A stretch of 64,000 nt of DNA from an uncultured Hydrogenophaga sp. (GTDB taxonomy: Bacteria > Pseudomonadota > Gammaproteobacteria > Burkholderiales > Burkholderiaceae_C): contig CAYRIT010000004.1 in assembly GCA_964424415.1 (NCBI GenBank), positions 3,868 through 67,867 on the forward strand. The letters are read 5' to 3'. Numbering within the stretch: the first letter of the stretch is position 1; every line of letters starts with the position of its first letter. The notes beneath the pieces were generated by a model that did no database searches, was not told the DNA's origin, and worked only from the letters and a program-made list of their open reading frames with translations. Positions 46,383-56,099 of this stretch are shown here, piece after piece. Both the position numbers and the translations under genes were made by a program.

Positions 46383-48517
46383 GCGGGCACCTTCAACAAT
46401 TGTTTCTTCAACACTTCAAACTCCTGGTCGGATTCCATGGTCTTGCGGTTGGACGACAAGGCCATGCTGGCCTGCGAACGGCCCTCGCCGGTGGGTGCGA
46501 GCCAGACCCAGACCCGGCGCTCACGCACGTACAGCATCGCAAAAACGCCGAGGATGAGCAACAGACAGCCCAGGTAGACGATGTTCTGCCCCGGCGCTCG
46601 CGCCACCTGGAACACACTGGCCTGCACATGCTCGAAGTCCTTGAGCTCGAAGGTCATGGGCGCCGGGTAGTAGAACGCATCGCTCAGGCTGAGCACGGCG
46701 GTGGTCATGAACGTCTGTGTGGTCTCATCACGCGGCAGTGGCGCGAGACCGGCGCGCTCGCGGCTAACCTGCATCAGCTCAAACAAGGTGCCGTTGAGGA
46801 TGCGCACCAGCACATCGCTCGCGCGTTCGCGCTCGGCAGCGGGCACATTGGCTTCCAGAAAAGCCGACACCGCGGGCAAACCGCCCCTGGCCGGCTGCGA
46901 GGGCATCTCCGCATTGCCCGGAAGGTCGATCCGTTCGGCGCCGGCAAACAGGTCCAGGGCCCGGCCGGCCGACGCCTGCAGGGCCTCGGACAGCGCAGCG
47001 CGCCCGCCCTCCACCGCCGAGGCGGCGTAACGCTCCACCGCGATGGCGCGCTGCGCCGGGTCGGTGAGTGCCACACGCAGCCGGACAAAGTCGCCCATGC
47101 TGTCATCGCGGTCCACCGGCACACGCAGGTAGCGAATCGGATCGGCCGGCGACTCGCGCATTCCCAGCAGAAACAGGCGGGCGCCGTCGATCTCGATCGG
47201 CAGCATGTAGTTGTTGTATTCGATCGCCTGGCCCGAGGCATCGCGCAGCTTGTAACTGATGCTGGGGCCCACGTTGCGCAGCAGCTTCTCCGACGCGGTC
47301 TTGTGGCCCGAACCGAGCCGGCTCTCGATCGCCGAGCGCAGATCGACCTTGCGCACATCGGTACCCGAGCCGCTGCCGCCCGAGAAATTCTCCACGTTGA
47401 TCACACGCAGCCCGGTGAATTCCAGCGTGAGCTTGTCGGTGCCGTTGGACAGCGGCGCTGAGCCACCGATCACCCCCGACACCTCGAACGGCTTGGACAC
47501 CCCGTTGAGCGGCAGTGCCCGCAGCGTGACTTTGGAGCCGCCGTCATCGAAACTGGACTGGTAGATGTTGATACCGCGGAAACTCGCCGGGTGGTTCACC
47601 TCCACCCGGGTCGCCTTCTGCTCGCCGGTCTCGTGATCGTGGATCACGATGTCGCTGGCGAACAGCTTGGGCATGCCGGTGTCGTAGTACTCAACAACGA
47701 ATTTTTTCAGCTCGACCGAGAATGGCAGGTCCTGCAACAACACGCCGCTGGGCTGGGCCAGGATGGCCGTGCCCGCGGTGGTTCCTTCGGTCACCAGCAG
47801 GTTGCCACGGAAGGTGGGGTTGCTCGGGGGAAGGCGGTGCTGCGCTGGCACATCGGCAATCAGGCCGCCGCCGGTGAACGGTGTCTTGCCGTTGAACCAC
47901 ATCTGTGCGCGCACGATGAGGTCTCCATCGAGCAGGCCGCCGATGCACACCAGCACGATCGCACTGTGCGCCGCCAGGTAGCCGATCTTGTTGGCCGTGC
48001 CTTTCTTGGCCGCCACCATCCAGCCGGTGCCACCCGCACGTTCGCGCGACTGCAGCTTGACCTTCCAGCCCCCGGCCAGCAACGTCTGCCCGACGCGGTT
48101 GGCCGCGGCCTCGGCACTTTCGTCCAGCGTCTGCTCGGCCCGGTTGGGAAACGCCTTGAGGCTTTGCTCGCGGACGTTTTCCTTGAAAGTCTTGAAGTCG
48201 GAAAAAATCTTCGGCGTGTTGCGCGCAATGCACAGGCTGGTGCTGGTGACCAGAAACGCCAGGATCAGCAGGAACCACCAGGCGCTGTACACCGAGAACA
48301 GGCTGGCGCTGCCAAACACATCGGCCCAGAACGGACCGAACTGGTTGATGTAGTTGTTCAGCGGCTCGTGCTGCTTGATGACCGTGCCGATCACCGACGC
48401 GATGCAGATCACGGTCAGCAGCGAGATCGCGAACCGCATGGAAGACAGCAGCTCGACCAATGCGCTCAGCACACGCGAACCGGTTTTGAGCTGCAAGCCT
48501 TGGGTGGAAACGGTCAT
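46379..48517 (-). CDS. ccsB: System II cytochrome c biogenesis protein CcsB/ResB
   Basis: LSSMRFAISLLTVICIASVIGTVIKQ..., a large periplasmic domain and C-terminal TM segments, paired with ccsA. Confidence 0.92.
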   Translation of the reverse strand: MTVSTQGLQLKTGSRVLSALVELLSSMRFAISLLTVICIASVIGTVIKQHEPLNNYINQFGPFWADVFGSASLFSVYSAWWFLLILAFLVTSTSLCIARNTPKIFSDFKTFKENVREQSLKAFPNRAEQTLDESAEAAANRVGQTLLAGGWKVKLQSRERAGGTGWMVAAKKGTANKIGYLAAHSAIVLVCIGGLLDGDLIVRAQMWFNGKTPFTGGGLIADVPAQHRLPPSNPTFRGNLLVTEGTTAGTAILAQPSGVLLQDLPFSVELKKFVVEYYDTGMPKLFASDIVIHDHETGEQKATRVEVNHPASFRGINIYQSSFDDGGSKVTLRALPLNGVSKPFEVSGVIGGSAPLSNGTDKLTLEFTGLRVINVENFSGGSGSGTDVRKVDLRSAIESRLGSGHKTASEKLLRNVGPSISYKLRDASGQAIEYNNYMLPIEIDGARLFLLGMRESPADPIRYLRVPVDRDDSMGDFVRLRVALTDPAQRAIAVERYAASAVEGGRAALSEALQASAGRALDLFAGAERIDLPGNAEMPSQPARGGLPAVSAFLEANVPAAERERASDVLVRILNGTLFELMQVSRERAGLAPLPRDETTQTFMTTAVLSLSDAFYYPAPMTFELKDFEHVQASVFQVARAPGQNIVYLGCLLLILGVFAMLYVRERRVWVWLAPTGEGRSQASMALSSNRKTMESDQEFEVLKKQLLKVPA

Positions 48518-48699
48518 GGGAACTCAAAAACGGGGAAACACAAAAAAGGGCGGTCCTGGGAACTCCAGCACTCGCCCTGATGTGATGTCGGTCCGGGTCA
48601 GAGGTTCCACCGGGCGCCACCCCGATGAATTGTGACCGCAAATATCGCCATCGACTGATATCCCGCGCCGCAACGGGGGACTTGAACGTGGCCTGCGAA

Positions 48700-49314
48700 T
48701 CAGCGCAAGCCGGCGATGTAGTCGGAGACGGCCTGGATTTCGCGGTCGTTCAATTTCGCGGCGACACCGGTCATCGCCGCGTTGTTCTTGCGCACACCGC
48801 TACGGAAATCCTTAAGCTGGGTCGCGGTGTACTCGGCGTGCTGGCCCGACAGGCGCGGGTACTGGATGGGCAGGCCGGCGCCGTTGGGGCTGTGGCAGGC
48901 CGCACAGGCGGCAATCTGGCGATCTGGCACACCGCCGCGGTAGATGCGTTCACCCAGACGGACCAGATCCTTGTCCTGGGCGAAGCCGGGCGTACCCTTC
49001 TGGCTGGCCAGCCAGAAGCCGATGTTGTGCATGTCTTCGTCGGACAGGGCAGAGGCAAAGCCCTTCATGATCGCGTTGTCGCGCTTGCCCGACTTGAACT
49101 CCTGCAGCTGCTTGACCAGGTACTCCGGATGCTGTTGCGCCAGCTTGGGGTTGACCGGGGTCGTTGAATTGCCGTCGGTGGCGTGGCAAGCCACACAGAC
49201 CTGGCCGTACTGGGCAGCACCTTTGGCCAGATCGGGTTTGGCCGTCTGCGCCTGAGCGCTGAAAGAGAAGGCCAGCGCAGCGGCGGCGCAGAGAAGCGAA
49301 ACAGGCAATTTCAT
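48700..49314 (-). CDS. Dihaem cytochrome c4
   Basis: Signal peptide (MKLPVSLLCAAAALAFSFSAQA) and two CXXCH motifs (CVACH, CAACH), each with a downstream Met ligand region. ATG at 49314. Confidence 0.92.
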   Translation of the reverse strand: MKLPVSLLCAAAALAFSFSAQAQTAKPDLAKGAAQYGQVCVACHATDGNSTTPVNPKLAQQHPEYLVKQLQEFKSGKRDNAIMKGFASALSDEDMHNIGFWLASQKGTPGFAQDKDLVRLGERIYRGGVPDRQIAACAACHSPNGAGLPIQYPRLSGQHAEYTATQLKDFRSGVRKNNAAMTGVAAKLNDREIQAVSDYIAGLR

Positions 49315-49392
49315 GACGGGCGGGCGTCGCGAGCGACAGGTTCGGGTTGCACAGGGCTGCAAACATCAGCAGCGCAGACATTCAATTTTACA

Positions 49393-50187
49393 ATGCCTCA
49401 CCGGGCTGTTCCGGGAAAGCCCCCCATGAACCCATCTCCCATTTCCCGCCCCCCCCGCTCACCAGCGCCGGCCCCCGCCCACCTTCGCAAGCCGGCAGCC
49501 ACCACACCGCAGGCCAAACGCGCCCACGCCTGGCTGCACACCGCGCGTTTCCTGACCACTGCGCCGCAGCTGGAGCACCTGCCGGCGCTGGAGGTGCCGG
49601 AGATCGCCTTCGTCGGCCGCTCCAACGCCGGCAAGTCCACCTGCATCAACACGCTGACGCAGCAAAAGCGGCTGGCCTTCGCGTCGAAGACGCCTGGTCG
49701 CACCCAGAGCATCAACCTGTTTGCCCTGGGCAAGCAGGGCGTGACCGATGCGGTGCTGGCCGACCTGCCGGGCTATGGTTATGCCGCTGTGCCGCGCGAA
49801 GCCAAACTGCGCTGGCAGCGGGTGATGGGCAACTACCTGATCACGCGCGAGAACCTCAAGGCGGTGGTGCTGATGTGCGACCCGCGCCTGGGGCTGACCG
49901 AACTCGATGAAATCCTGCTCGACGTCATCCGCCCCCGGGTGGCACAGGGTCTGAAATTTTTGATTCTGCTGACCAAGGCCGACAAACTCAGTCACGCCGA
50001 GGCGCAGAAAGCCCTGTCGATTGCCCGCCTGCAATGTGGCGGCGGCGAAGCCCGGCTGTTCTCGGCGTTGAAAAAGCAGGGCCTGGACGAAGTGGCCACG
50101 CTGCTGTGGGACTGGACCCACGGGCCCGAGGAGGCGCAAGCCGCGGCCGAAACCAACAACGACGACGAACCACCGGCCCTGGACTGA
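49393..50187 (+). CDS. engB: Ribosome-biogenesis GTPase EngB/YihA
   Basis: G1 GRSNAGKST, G3 DLPGYGYA, G4 TKADK. The start is ambiguous (ATG 49393 or 49426). There is a long Pro/Ala-rich N-terminal extension before the conserved core. Confidence 0.9.
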   Translation: MPHRAVPGKPPMNPSPISRPPRSPAPAPAHLRKPAATTPQAKRAHAWLHTARFLTTAPQLEHLPALEVPEIAFVGRSNAGKSTCINTLTQQKRLAFASKTPGRTQSINLFALGKQGVTDAVLADLPGYGYAAVPREAKLRWQRVMGNYLITRENLKAVVLMCDPRLGLTELDEILLDVIRPRVAQGLKFLILLTKADKLSHAEAQKALSIARLQCGGGEARLFSALKKQGLDEVATLLWDWTHGPEEAQAAAETNNDDEPPALD

Positions 50188-50203
50188 GCGGCCAGGCGGT
50201 GAA

Positions 50204-51127
50204 TCAGTCCTTGCCGTAGAGCCCGGGTTCGCCCGGCGGACGGGTCTTGAAACGCTTGTGCACCCAGTAGTACTGCTCGGGCATGGCGGCAATAAAACCT
50301 TCCAGCCGGCGGTTCATCAGGGCGGTGTCGGCCACCGCATCGCGCGTGGGATAGCCGCTCCAGGGGGACATCACCGTGACCTCGTAGCCCTGCGGTGTGA
50401 GCCGACTGACCACCGGCACCACCTGCGCGTCGGCCAGGCGGGCGAAACGCGACAGCGAGGCAATGGTGGCGGCCGGCACACCAAAGAACGGCACAAACAC
50501 CGAATCGCGCGAACCGTAGTCCATGTCGGGCAGCAGATACAGCGGCTCGCCGCCGCGCAGCGCCGCCACCAGAGGCTTGAGGCCGTTGCGCATGGCCACG
50601 ATGTGCGGGTCGCCAAAGCGCTGACGCCCTTGCGCCATCCAGCGGTCCACGTCCGGATTGAGCTGGGCTGCGTACAGCCCGCAGCAGCGTCTGGGCAAAT
50701 GCACGGTGAGCGCGGTCCAGCCCGCGTCCATGCCCACAAAATGGGGCGCAAACAGCACCGTGGGGCGCGTCCCGGCCAGCGTGCCCAGATCCCCGGTGAG
50801 CGTGAGACGGCGCGCCACCACCTCGGCACGCCCTTCCCAGAGCCAGCTGCGGTCGAGCCAGGCCTGGGCAAACAAAACGAAGTGGCGCCGCACCGCACGC
50901 CGGGTGTCGTGCTCGCTGGCAGCAGGGAAACACAGGCGCCAGTTGGTGCGCGCGATGCGCCGCCGGCGCGCCGCCACGGTGTGCAGGCCCTGGCCCAGCA
51001 GCCAGCCCAGCGCACGCACCGCCGGCAGGGGCAACCACGCCAGCCCGCGCATCAAGCCCAGGCCCAACCGGTTGCTCCAGCGCGAGGGCAGCGCTGCTGG
51101 CGTGGACGCGTCGGAAGAGGCGCTCAT
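50204..51127 (-). CDS. lpxL: Lipid A biosynthesis late (lauroyl/myristoyl) acyltransferase, LpxL family
   Basis: LFAPHFVGMDAG (HX4D-type motif), PDMDYG, and the C-terminal PEQYYWVHKRFKTRP typical of HtrB/MsbB-family enzymes. ATG at 51127. Confidence 0.88.
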   Translation of the reverse strand: MSASSDASTPAALPSRWSNRLGLGLMRGLAWLPLPAVRALGWLLGQGLHTVAARRRRIARTNWRLCFPAASEHDTRRAVRRHFVLFAQAWLDRSWLWEGRAEVVARRLTLTGDLGTLAGTRPTVLFAPHFVGMDAGWTALTVHLPRRCCGLYAAQLNPDVDRWMAQGRQRFGDPHIVAMRNGLKPLVAALRGGEPLYLLPDMDYGSRDSVFVPFFGVPAATIASLSRFARLADAQVVPVVSRLTPQGYEVTVMSPWSGYPTRDAVADTALMNRRLEGFIAAMPEQYYWVHKRFKTRPPGEPGLYGKD

Positions 51128-51182
51128 GCCACCGGAACGAAAACAACAAAAAGAAATGAGGTCGGAGAAACCACAGGACGGA

Positions 51183-52046
51183 TCAGGCGCGGGACTGCGG
51201 TGTCGAGGCCGCAGCCCGGGGAGTTTTGTAGCGGTCGTAAGACCAGAGGTATTGGCGCGGGCATTCTCGCACCAGCCGCTCCATCGCCAGATTGATCTGC
51301 CGCGCCGCCTGCGCCGGCTCGACCGCCAGGGTTTCGGCCAGCACAGGGTCGAAAGGCCGCACATGCACGAGGTAGCCACGGCCCCAGCGCAGCCGTTCGC
51401 CCCAGGCCAGCACGATCTGGGTGCCGGCGACCTGGGCCAGCCGTGCCGACAGCGTCATGGTGTAGGCGTCACGACCGAAAAAAGGCGCCCAGACGCCCTG
51501 GCCATCGGGCGGCACCTGATCGGGCAGCAGGCCCACCGCGTGGCCGGCTTTCAGCGCCTTGATGAGCTGCTTGACGCCAGCCAGTGTGGTCGCTGCCGTG
51601 TGCAGGCCGGGTCGGTCGCGTGCGGTGGTCATGAGCTCGCTCAACCAGGCCTGGCGCGCCGGGCGGAACAGCACGGTCATCGGCTGGCGCGCGCCAAAAC
51701 GCTGGGCGTAGGCCTGGGCGGTGATCTCGAAACAGCCCATGTGCGGTGTGAGGAACAACACACCCGCGCCGTGCGCCTGCGCCGCCTCGATACAGGCCGC
51801 ACCTTCCCAACCCACGCGCACCGGCCGCCCCAGCCACAGGCGCGGCAGCTCGGCCACCAGCTTGCCCGCCTCACCGACCGACGCCAGCGCCACGCGCCAG
51901 CCGTAACCGGCCTGCCTGGCATGGGCGATCAGCCGCCGCCGGTAGCGGCCCGACACCAGAAAACTCAGCCAGCCCAGTACCCAGCCCAACGCGTGCAACA
52001 GCGGCAGCGGGAAGTGGCTCAGGGTGGCGAGGAAGATACGCAGCAC
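51183..52046 (-). CDS. Second LpxL/LpxM-family lipid A acyltransferase paralog
   Basis: LFLTPHMGCFEI (HX4 motif region), LLPDQVP, and C-terminal PRQYLWSYDRYKTP. GTG start at 52046. Confidence 0.82.
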   Translation of the reverse strand: MLRIFLATLSHFPLPLLHALGWVLGWLSFLVSGRYRRRLIAHARQAGYGWRVALASVGEAGKLVAELPRLWLGRPVRVGWEGAACIEAAQAHGAGVLFLTPHMGCFEITAQAYAQRFGARQPMTVLFRPARQAWLSELMTTARDRPGLHTAATTLAGVKQLIKALKAGHAVGLLPDQVPPDGQGVWAPFFGRDAYTMTLSARLAQVAGTQIVLAWGERLRWGRGYLVHVRPFDPVLAETLAVEPAQAARQINLAMERLVRECPRQYLWSYDRYKTPRAAASTPQSRA

Positions 52047-52279
52047 GGAGTCTTGGAGACGGACGGACCGGTCAGGTCAACACAAAAACAAGGGTTCGCA
52101 GACCCCAAAGCGGGAACGGGATAGGAACTCGACGGGGGCACCCGGCGACGGCTTTGTTTTAGAATTCGTCCATCGCCGAGTTACTGAACTAATTGCGGGG
52201 CGATTCACAAATTCCGCTAAAGCGTTCGCCAGCTCCGAGAGGACGGCAACGCCGATCCACCCACTTGGAGTTTATCTAC

Positions 52280-53467
52280 ATGGCGAACGACTTCCTCTTC
52301 ACCTCCGAATCCGTCTCCGAAGGCCATCCCGACAAGGTGGCCGACCAGATTTCCGACGCGGTTCTCGACGCCATCCTGACGCAAGACCCACATGCCCGCG
52401 TGGCGGCCGAGACCCTGACCAACACCGGTCTGGTCGTGCTGGCCGGCGAAATCACGGCGCGCGAAGACACACACGTCGACTACATCCAGGTTGCTCGCGA
52501 CACCTTGAAGCGCATCGGCTACGACAACACCGAGTACGGCATCGATTACAAGGGCTGCGCGGTCATGGTCTGCTACGACAAGCAGAGCCAAGACATCGCC
52601 CAGGGCGTGGACCACGCCAGCGACGACCACCTCAACACCGGCGCCGGCGACCAGGGCCTGATGTTCGGCTACGCCTGCGACGAGACGCCCGAGCTCATGC
52701 CCGCGCCGATCTACTACGCCCACCGTCTGGTCGAGCGCCAGGCCCAGCTGCGCAAAGATGGGCGGCTGCCTTTTCTGCGCCCCGACGCCAAGAGCCAGGT
52801 GACGATGCGCTACGTGGACGGCAAGCCGCACAGCATCGCCACCGTGGTGCTGTCCACCCAGCACAGCCCCGACCAGAGCGAAACCGCCACAAAAATGAAG
52901 GTGTCGTTCAATGAGGCGATCATCGAAGAGCTCATCAAACCGGTGCTGCCGGCCGAGTGGCTCAAAGACACCGAATACCTGATCAACCCGACCGGCCGTT
53001 TTGTGGTCGGCGGACCGCAGGGCGATTGCGGCCTGACCGGTCGCAAGATCATCGTTGACACCTACGGTGGTGCCTGCCCGCACGGTGGCGGTGCCTTCAG
53101 CGGCAAAGACCCGAGCAAGGTCGACCGTTCGGCCGCCTACGCCGCGCGTTATGTCGCCAAAAACGTGGTAGCTGCCGGGCTGGCCCGCCAATGTCAGGTG
53201 CAGGTGGCCTACGCCATCGGGGTTGCGCGACCGATGAACATCACGGTCTACACCGAAGGCACCGGCGTCATCCCCGACACCGAGATCGCCAAGCTGGTCG
53301 CAGCCCAGTTCGACCTGCGGCCCAAAGGCATCGTCCAGATGCTCGACCTGCTGCGCCCGATCTACCAGAAGACCGCCGCCTACGGCCACTTTGGCCGCGA
53401 AGAACCCGAGTTCACCTGGGAAAGAACCGACAGAGCGGCTGCGCTGCGCGCGGCAGCCGGACGGTAA
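52280..53467 (+). CDS. metK: S-adenosylmethionine synthetase MetK
   Basis: [31 protein letters not shown]...[12 protein letters not shown]...[19 protein letters not shown] at 52280 with GGAG at 52267-52270. Confidence 0.97.
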   Translation: MANDFLFTSESVSEGHPDKVADQISDAVLDAILTQDPHARVAAETLTNTGLVVLAGEITAREDTHVDYIQVARDTLKRIGYDNTEYGIDYKGCAVMVCYDKQSQDIAQGVDHASDDHLNTGAGDQGLMFGYACDETPELMPAPIYYAHRLVERQAQLRKDGRLPFLRPDAKSQVTMRYVDGKPHSIATVVLSTQHSPDQSETATKMKVSFNEAIIEELIKPVLPAEWLKDTEYLINPTGRFVVGGPQGDCGLTGRKIIVDTYGGACPHGGGAFSGKDPSKVDRSAAYAARYVAKNVVAAGLARQCQVQVAYAIGVARPMNITVYTEGTGVIPDTEIAKLVAAQFDLRPKGIVQMLDLLRPIYQKTAAYGHFGREEPEFTWERTDRAAALRAAAGR

Positions 53468-53706
53468 GCCCGCCGCGCGGCAGCGCGGTATCGGTTCTTG
53501 GGCGAAACCGCATGCCTGCACAGCGGATGTGCGTGCAGACCAATGAACAGATCAGGCGGTGGCCCTGAGGGCTGCCGCAGACCTGCAGGCCCGTGAGCGC
53601 CAGCGATGCTTGCCTGGCTCTGGCCCAGGCCGAATCGCATCGGCAATGTGAGGGGCCGTCAGGCCCGACCCCAAGGCCGAGAAGCCAGAAGACCGTCCCG
53701 AGCCAG

Positions 53707-53733
53707 CCCCTGCCCCCGCGGCCAGGGGTTTTT
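53707..53733 (+). terminator. Rho-independent terminator about 240 nt downstream of the metK stop
   Basis: CCCCTGCC (53707-53714) pairs with GG-C-CAGGGG (53720-53728). That gives 8 bp with one bulged C and a 5-nt loop, followed by TTTTT (53729-53733). Confidence 0.6.
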
Positions 53734-53856
53734 GCCGTTCTGGTGCTGCCAAGGCGACAGCCCGGACAAGCGGCGCTGAATTTTTCCCCGCGAGTTCCGA
53801 TATCCATCGTACGGAACAGAAAACCCTGTGCCAGCAACGAATTGGAGTCTTGAACC

Positions 53857-55932
53857 ATGCAACCCACTGCCATCACCGATTCAACCGCATCCGACCCCGC
53901 CGATGCCGCCGCTGCGGCAGCGCAACGCATTGAAGAACTTGAACAGGCCCTGGCCCGCGCGCAATCGCTCTACGAAAGCGGCCCCTGTGGCTATTTGTCG
54001 ATCGATGCCGACCTGCGTGTGATCAACATCAACCAGACGCTCAAAACCTGGCTGGGCCTGACCGATTTCGACGTCACCCGCAAACCCAAGGTACTGACGT
54101 TCACCGATGCGCAGTGGCACGCGTCCATCGAAGCCCGCATGACCGAGCTGAGCACAAAAGGCCATTGCGAACCGCTTGAGATGACGATTCAGCGCAGCGA
54201 CGGGACACCGCTGCACGTTGTGTTCAGCTTGGCGCCAGTGTGCGACACCCAAGGTCGATTTCTCTACTGCAATGCGATGGTGCAGAACACCGATCCGCTC
54301 AAAGCCGTTGAAAAGAAGCTGGCTGAGCAGAACAGCTTTTTGCTGTCCATCACCGACCGGATTCCGGCCCGCCTGGCCTATTACGACAAGGACCTGATCT
54401 GCCGCTTTGCCAACAAAGCACAAGCCGCGCGGTATGCCAAAACCCCGGCGGAAATGGTCGGCACACCGATCAGCGACGTGATTCGGCCCGAAGCGCTTGC
54501 CGACATACTGCCGCGTGTGGCCAGCGCACTCAGCGGGAACGCACAGACCTTCGAAGTCCAGCGCGAACAGAAAGACGGGTTGCGCGAGACTTTCCTCTTG
54601 AGCTACGTCCCGGACATCCAGCCCAGCGGCATCGAGGGCGTGTTCATCGAAGTGCAGGACATCACCGACCGCAAACGCACCGAAGAGTTTGTGCTGGAGG
54701 CCAACCGCGATCTGGAGGAACGGGTGCGCGATCGCAGCGCCGAGCTGTTCCAGAGCGAGCAGCGCTACCGCCTGATGGTCGACGCCATTCAGGACTACTG
54801 CATCTACTTCGTCGACGCCGCAGGCGTGATCACCGACTGGACCGAGAGTGCGCAGCGCCTGCATGGCCATCACCGTTCGCAAATGCTGGGCCAGCCCTAC
54901 CAGCAGCTGTTTGCCAGCAGCACCGGCGGCGAAGACGAGGTGGACGCGGCCCAGGTGCTGCGGCTGGCACAGACCCATGGCCAGTGGGAAACCCGCGGCT
55001 GGCGCCTGCGCGACGACGGCTCGCGCTTCTGGGCACACACGGTTCTCACCGCACTGCGCAACGAAGCGGGTGAACTGCAAGGCCTCTCCAGCATCACGCG
55101 CGACATGACCGCGGCCAAGAGCCTGGAGGACGTGATGAACGACCTCAACCGCGAACTGGAGAAACGCGTGGCCGAGCGTACCCAGCAACTGGTCGCGGCC
55201 AACAAGGACCTGGACGTGTTCTCGCACATGGTCTCGCACGACCTGCGCGCGCCGCTGCGTCACATCTCCAGCTTTGTGAGCCTCCTGCTCGAGCACATGG
55301 GCGAGACCAGCGACAAGCTGGCGCTGCAGTACCTCAACAGCATCGCCAAATCCAGCAAGCGCATGAGCCACATGATCGAAGGTCTGCTCGAGTACGCTCG
55401 GCTGGGCCGGGTCACGATCGATGCGCAGCCGGTGCCGCTGGCGCCGCTGCTCGAAGGCGTGATGGCGCACCTGCGCCAGGACAATCCCGGGCGCGCGATC
55501 GAATGGGTGGTCGAGGACGACCTGCCGGTGGTGCGTGGCGACGCCATGCTGCTGGCCCAGGCCTGGGGCAATCTGCTGAGCAACTCGGTGAAGTACACCC
55601 GGCCGCGTGCCACCGCGCGGATCGAGATCGGCTGGAAGATCAACCCGGTGGGCGGACGCACTTTTTACGTGCGCGACAACGGCGTGGGCTTCAACCTGGA
55701 AAAGGCCCACAACCTGTTTGTCATGTTCCAGCGACAGCACCACTCGATGGACTTCGAGGGCACCGGCACCGGACTGGCACTCGCGCAGCGCATCATCGAA
55801 CGCCACAACGGGCGCATCTGGGCCGAAACCGAGGTGGGAGAAGGCTGCACCTTCTACTTCACCCTGCCCTTCGACGGCCTGGAACCCGAGCTGGACTTCC
55901 CCAAATCCGCCATGGCCGAACTCACGATCTGA
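53857..55932 (+). CDS. Soluble multi-PAS sensor histidine kinase (about 3 PAS domains, HisKA, HATPase_c)
   Basis: N-terminal Ala-rich coiled coil, then three PAS-like repeats (around aa 35-150, 165-285 and 300-420). H-box FSHMVSHDLRAPLRHI, N-box LLSNSVKYT, G1 VRDNGVGF, G2 GTGTGLALAQ. I see no TM segment. Confidence 0.92.
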   Translation: MQPTAITDSTASDPADAAAAAAQRIEELEQALARAQSLYESGPCGYLSIDADLRVININQTLKTWLGLTDFDVTRKPKVLTFTDAQWHASIEARMTELSTKGHCEPLEMTIQRSDGTPLHVVFSLAPVCDTQGRFLYCNAMVQNTDPLKAVEKKLAEQNSFLLSITDRIPARLAYYDKDLICRFANKAQAARYAKTPAEMVGTPISDVIRPEALADILPRVASALSGNAQTFEVQREQKDGLRETFLLSYVPDIQPSGIEGVFIEVQDITDRKRTEEFVLEANRDLEERVRDRSAELFQSEQRYRLMVDAIQDYCIYFVDAAGVITDWTESAQRLHGHHRSQMLGQPYQQLFASSTGGEDEVDAAQVLRLAQTHGQWETRGWRLRDDGSRFWAHTVLTALRNEAGELQGLSSITRDMTAAKSLEDVMNDLNRELEKRVAERTQQLVAANKDLDVFSHMVSHDLRAPLRHISSFVSLLLEHMGETSDKLALQYLNSIAKSSKRMSHMIEGLLEYARLGRVTIDAQPVPLAPLLEGVMAHLRQDNPGRAIEWVVEDDLPVVRGDAMLLAQAWGNLLSNSVKYTRPRATARIEIGWKINPVGGRTFYVRDNGVGFNLEKAHNLFVMFQRQHHSMDFEGTGTGLALAQRIIERHNGRIWAETEVGEGCTFYFTLPFDGLEPELDFPKSAMAELTI

Positions 55933-56099
55933 GTCGGAGGCAGCCGTCTCACGGCCGGCCATCGGCGGTCTTGCAGGCAGTTTCGGCACGCCGTTCGAGC
56001 GGCGCCTGGCTCTGCCGGTCCCTCGCCCGAATGCGCACAAACTGAAACTCCCGTAACGGTCCATGACGGCCGGTTGGCGGCTCGGTCGCCGGGCCTAAC

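Noticed and set aside
52047-52279. Possible SAM riboswitch (SAM-II or SAM/SAH type) in the metK 5' leader, for example GCGG-ggcgattcacaaatt-CCGC-taaagcg at about 52195-52223
   Set aside because: I could form a 4-bp P1-like stem. The 3' AAAGCG tail has no complementary loop sequence for the required pseudoknot, and the conserved motifs as I remember them do not line up. An Infernal/Rfam scan would be needed, and I cannot support the call.
53412-53930. Several 60-170-aa ORFs on both strands in the metK / kinase intergenic region
   Set aside because: They have no RBS, a Pro/Arg/Gly/Ala-rich composition, mutual overlaps and no recognisable motifs. I treat the region as non-coding (see the structured-RNA finding).
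53881-56064. 727-aa minus-strand ORF opposite the histidine kinase
   Set aside because: It is a shadow ORF. The plus strand carries complete PAS/HisKA/HATPase motifs, while the minus-frame product is low-complexity Ala/Gly/Arg/Val.
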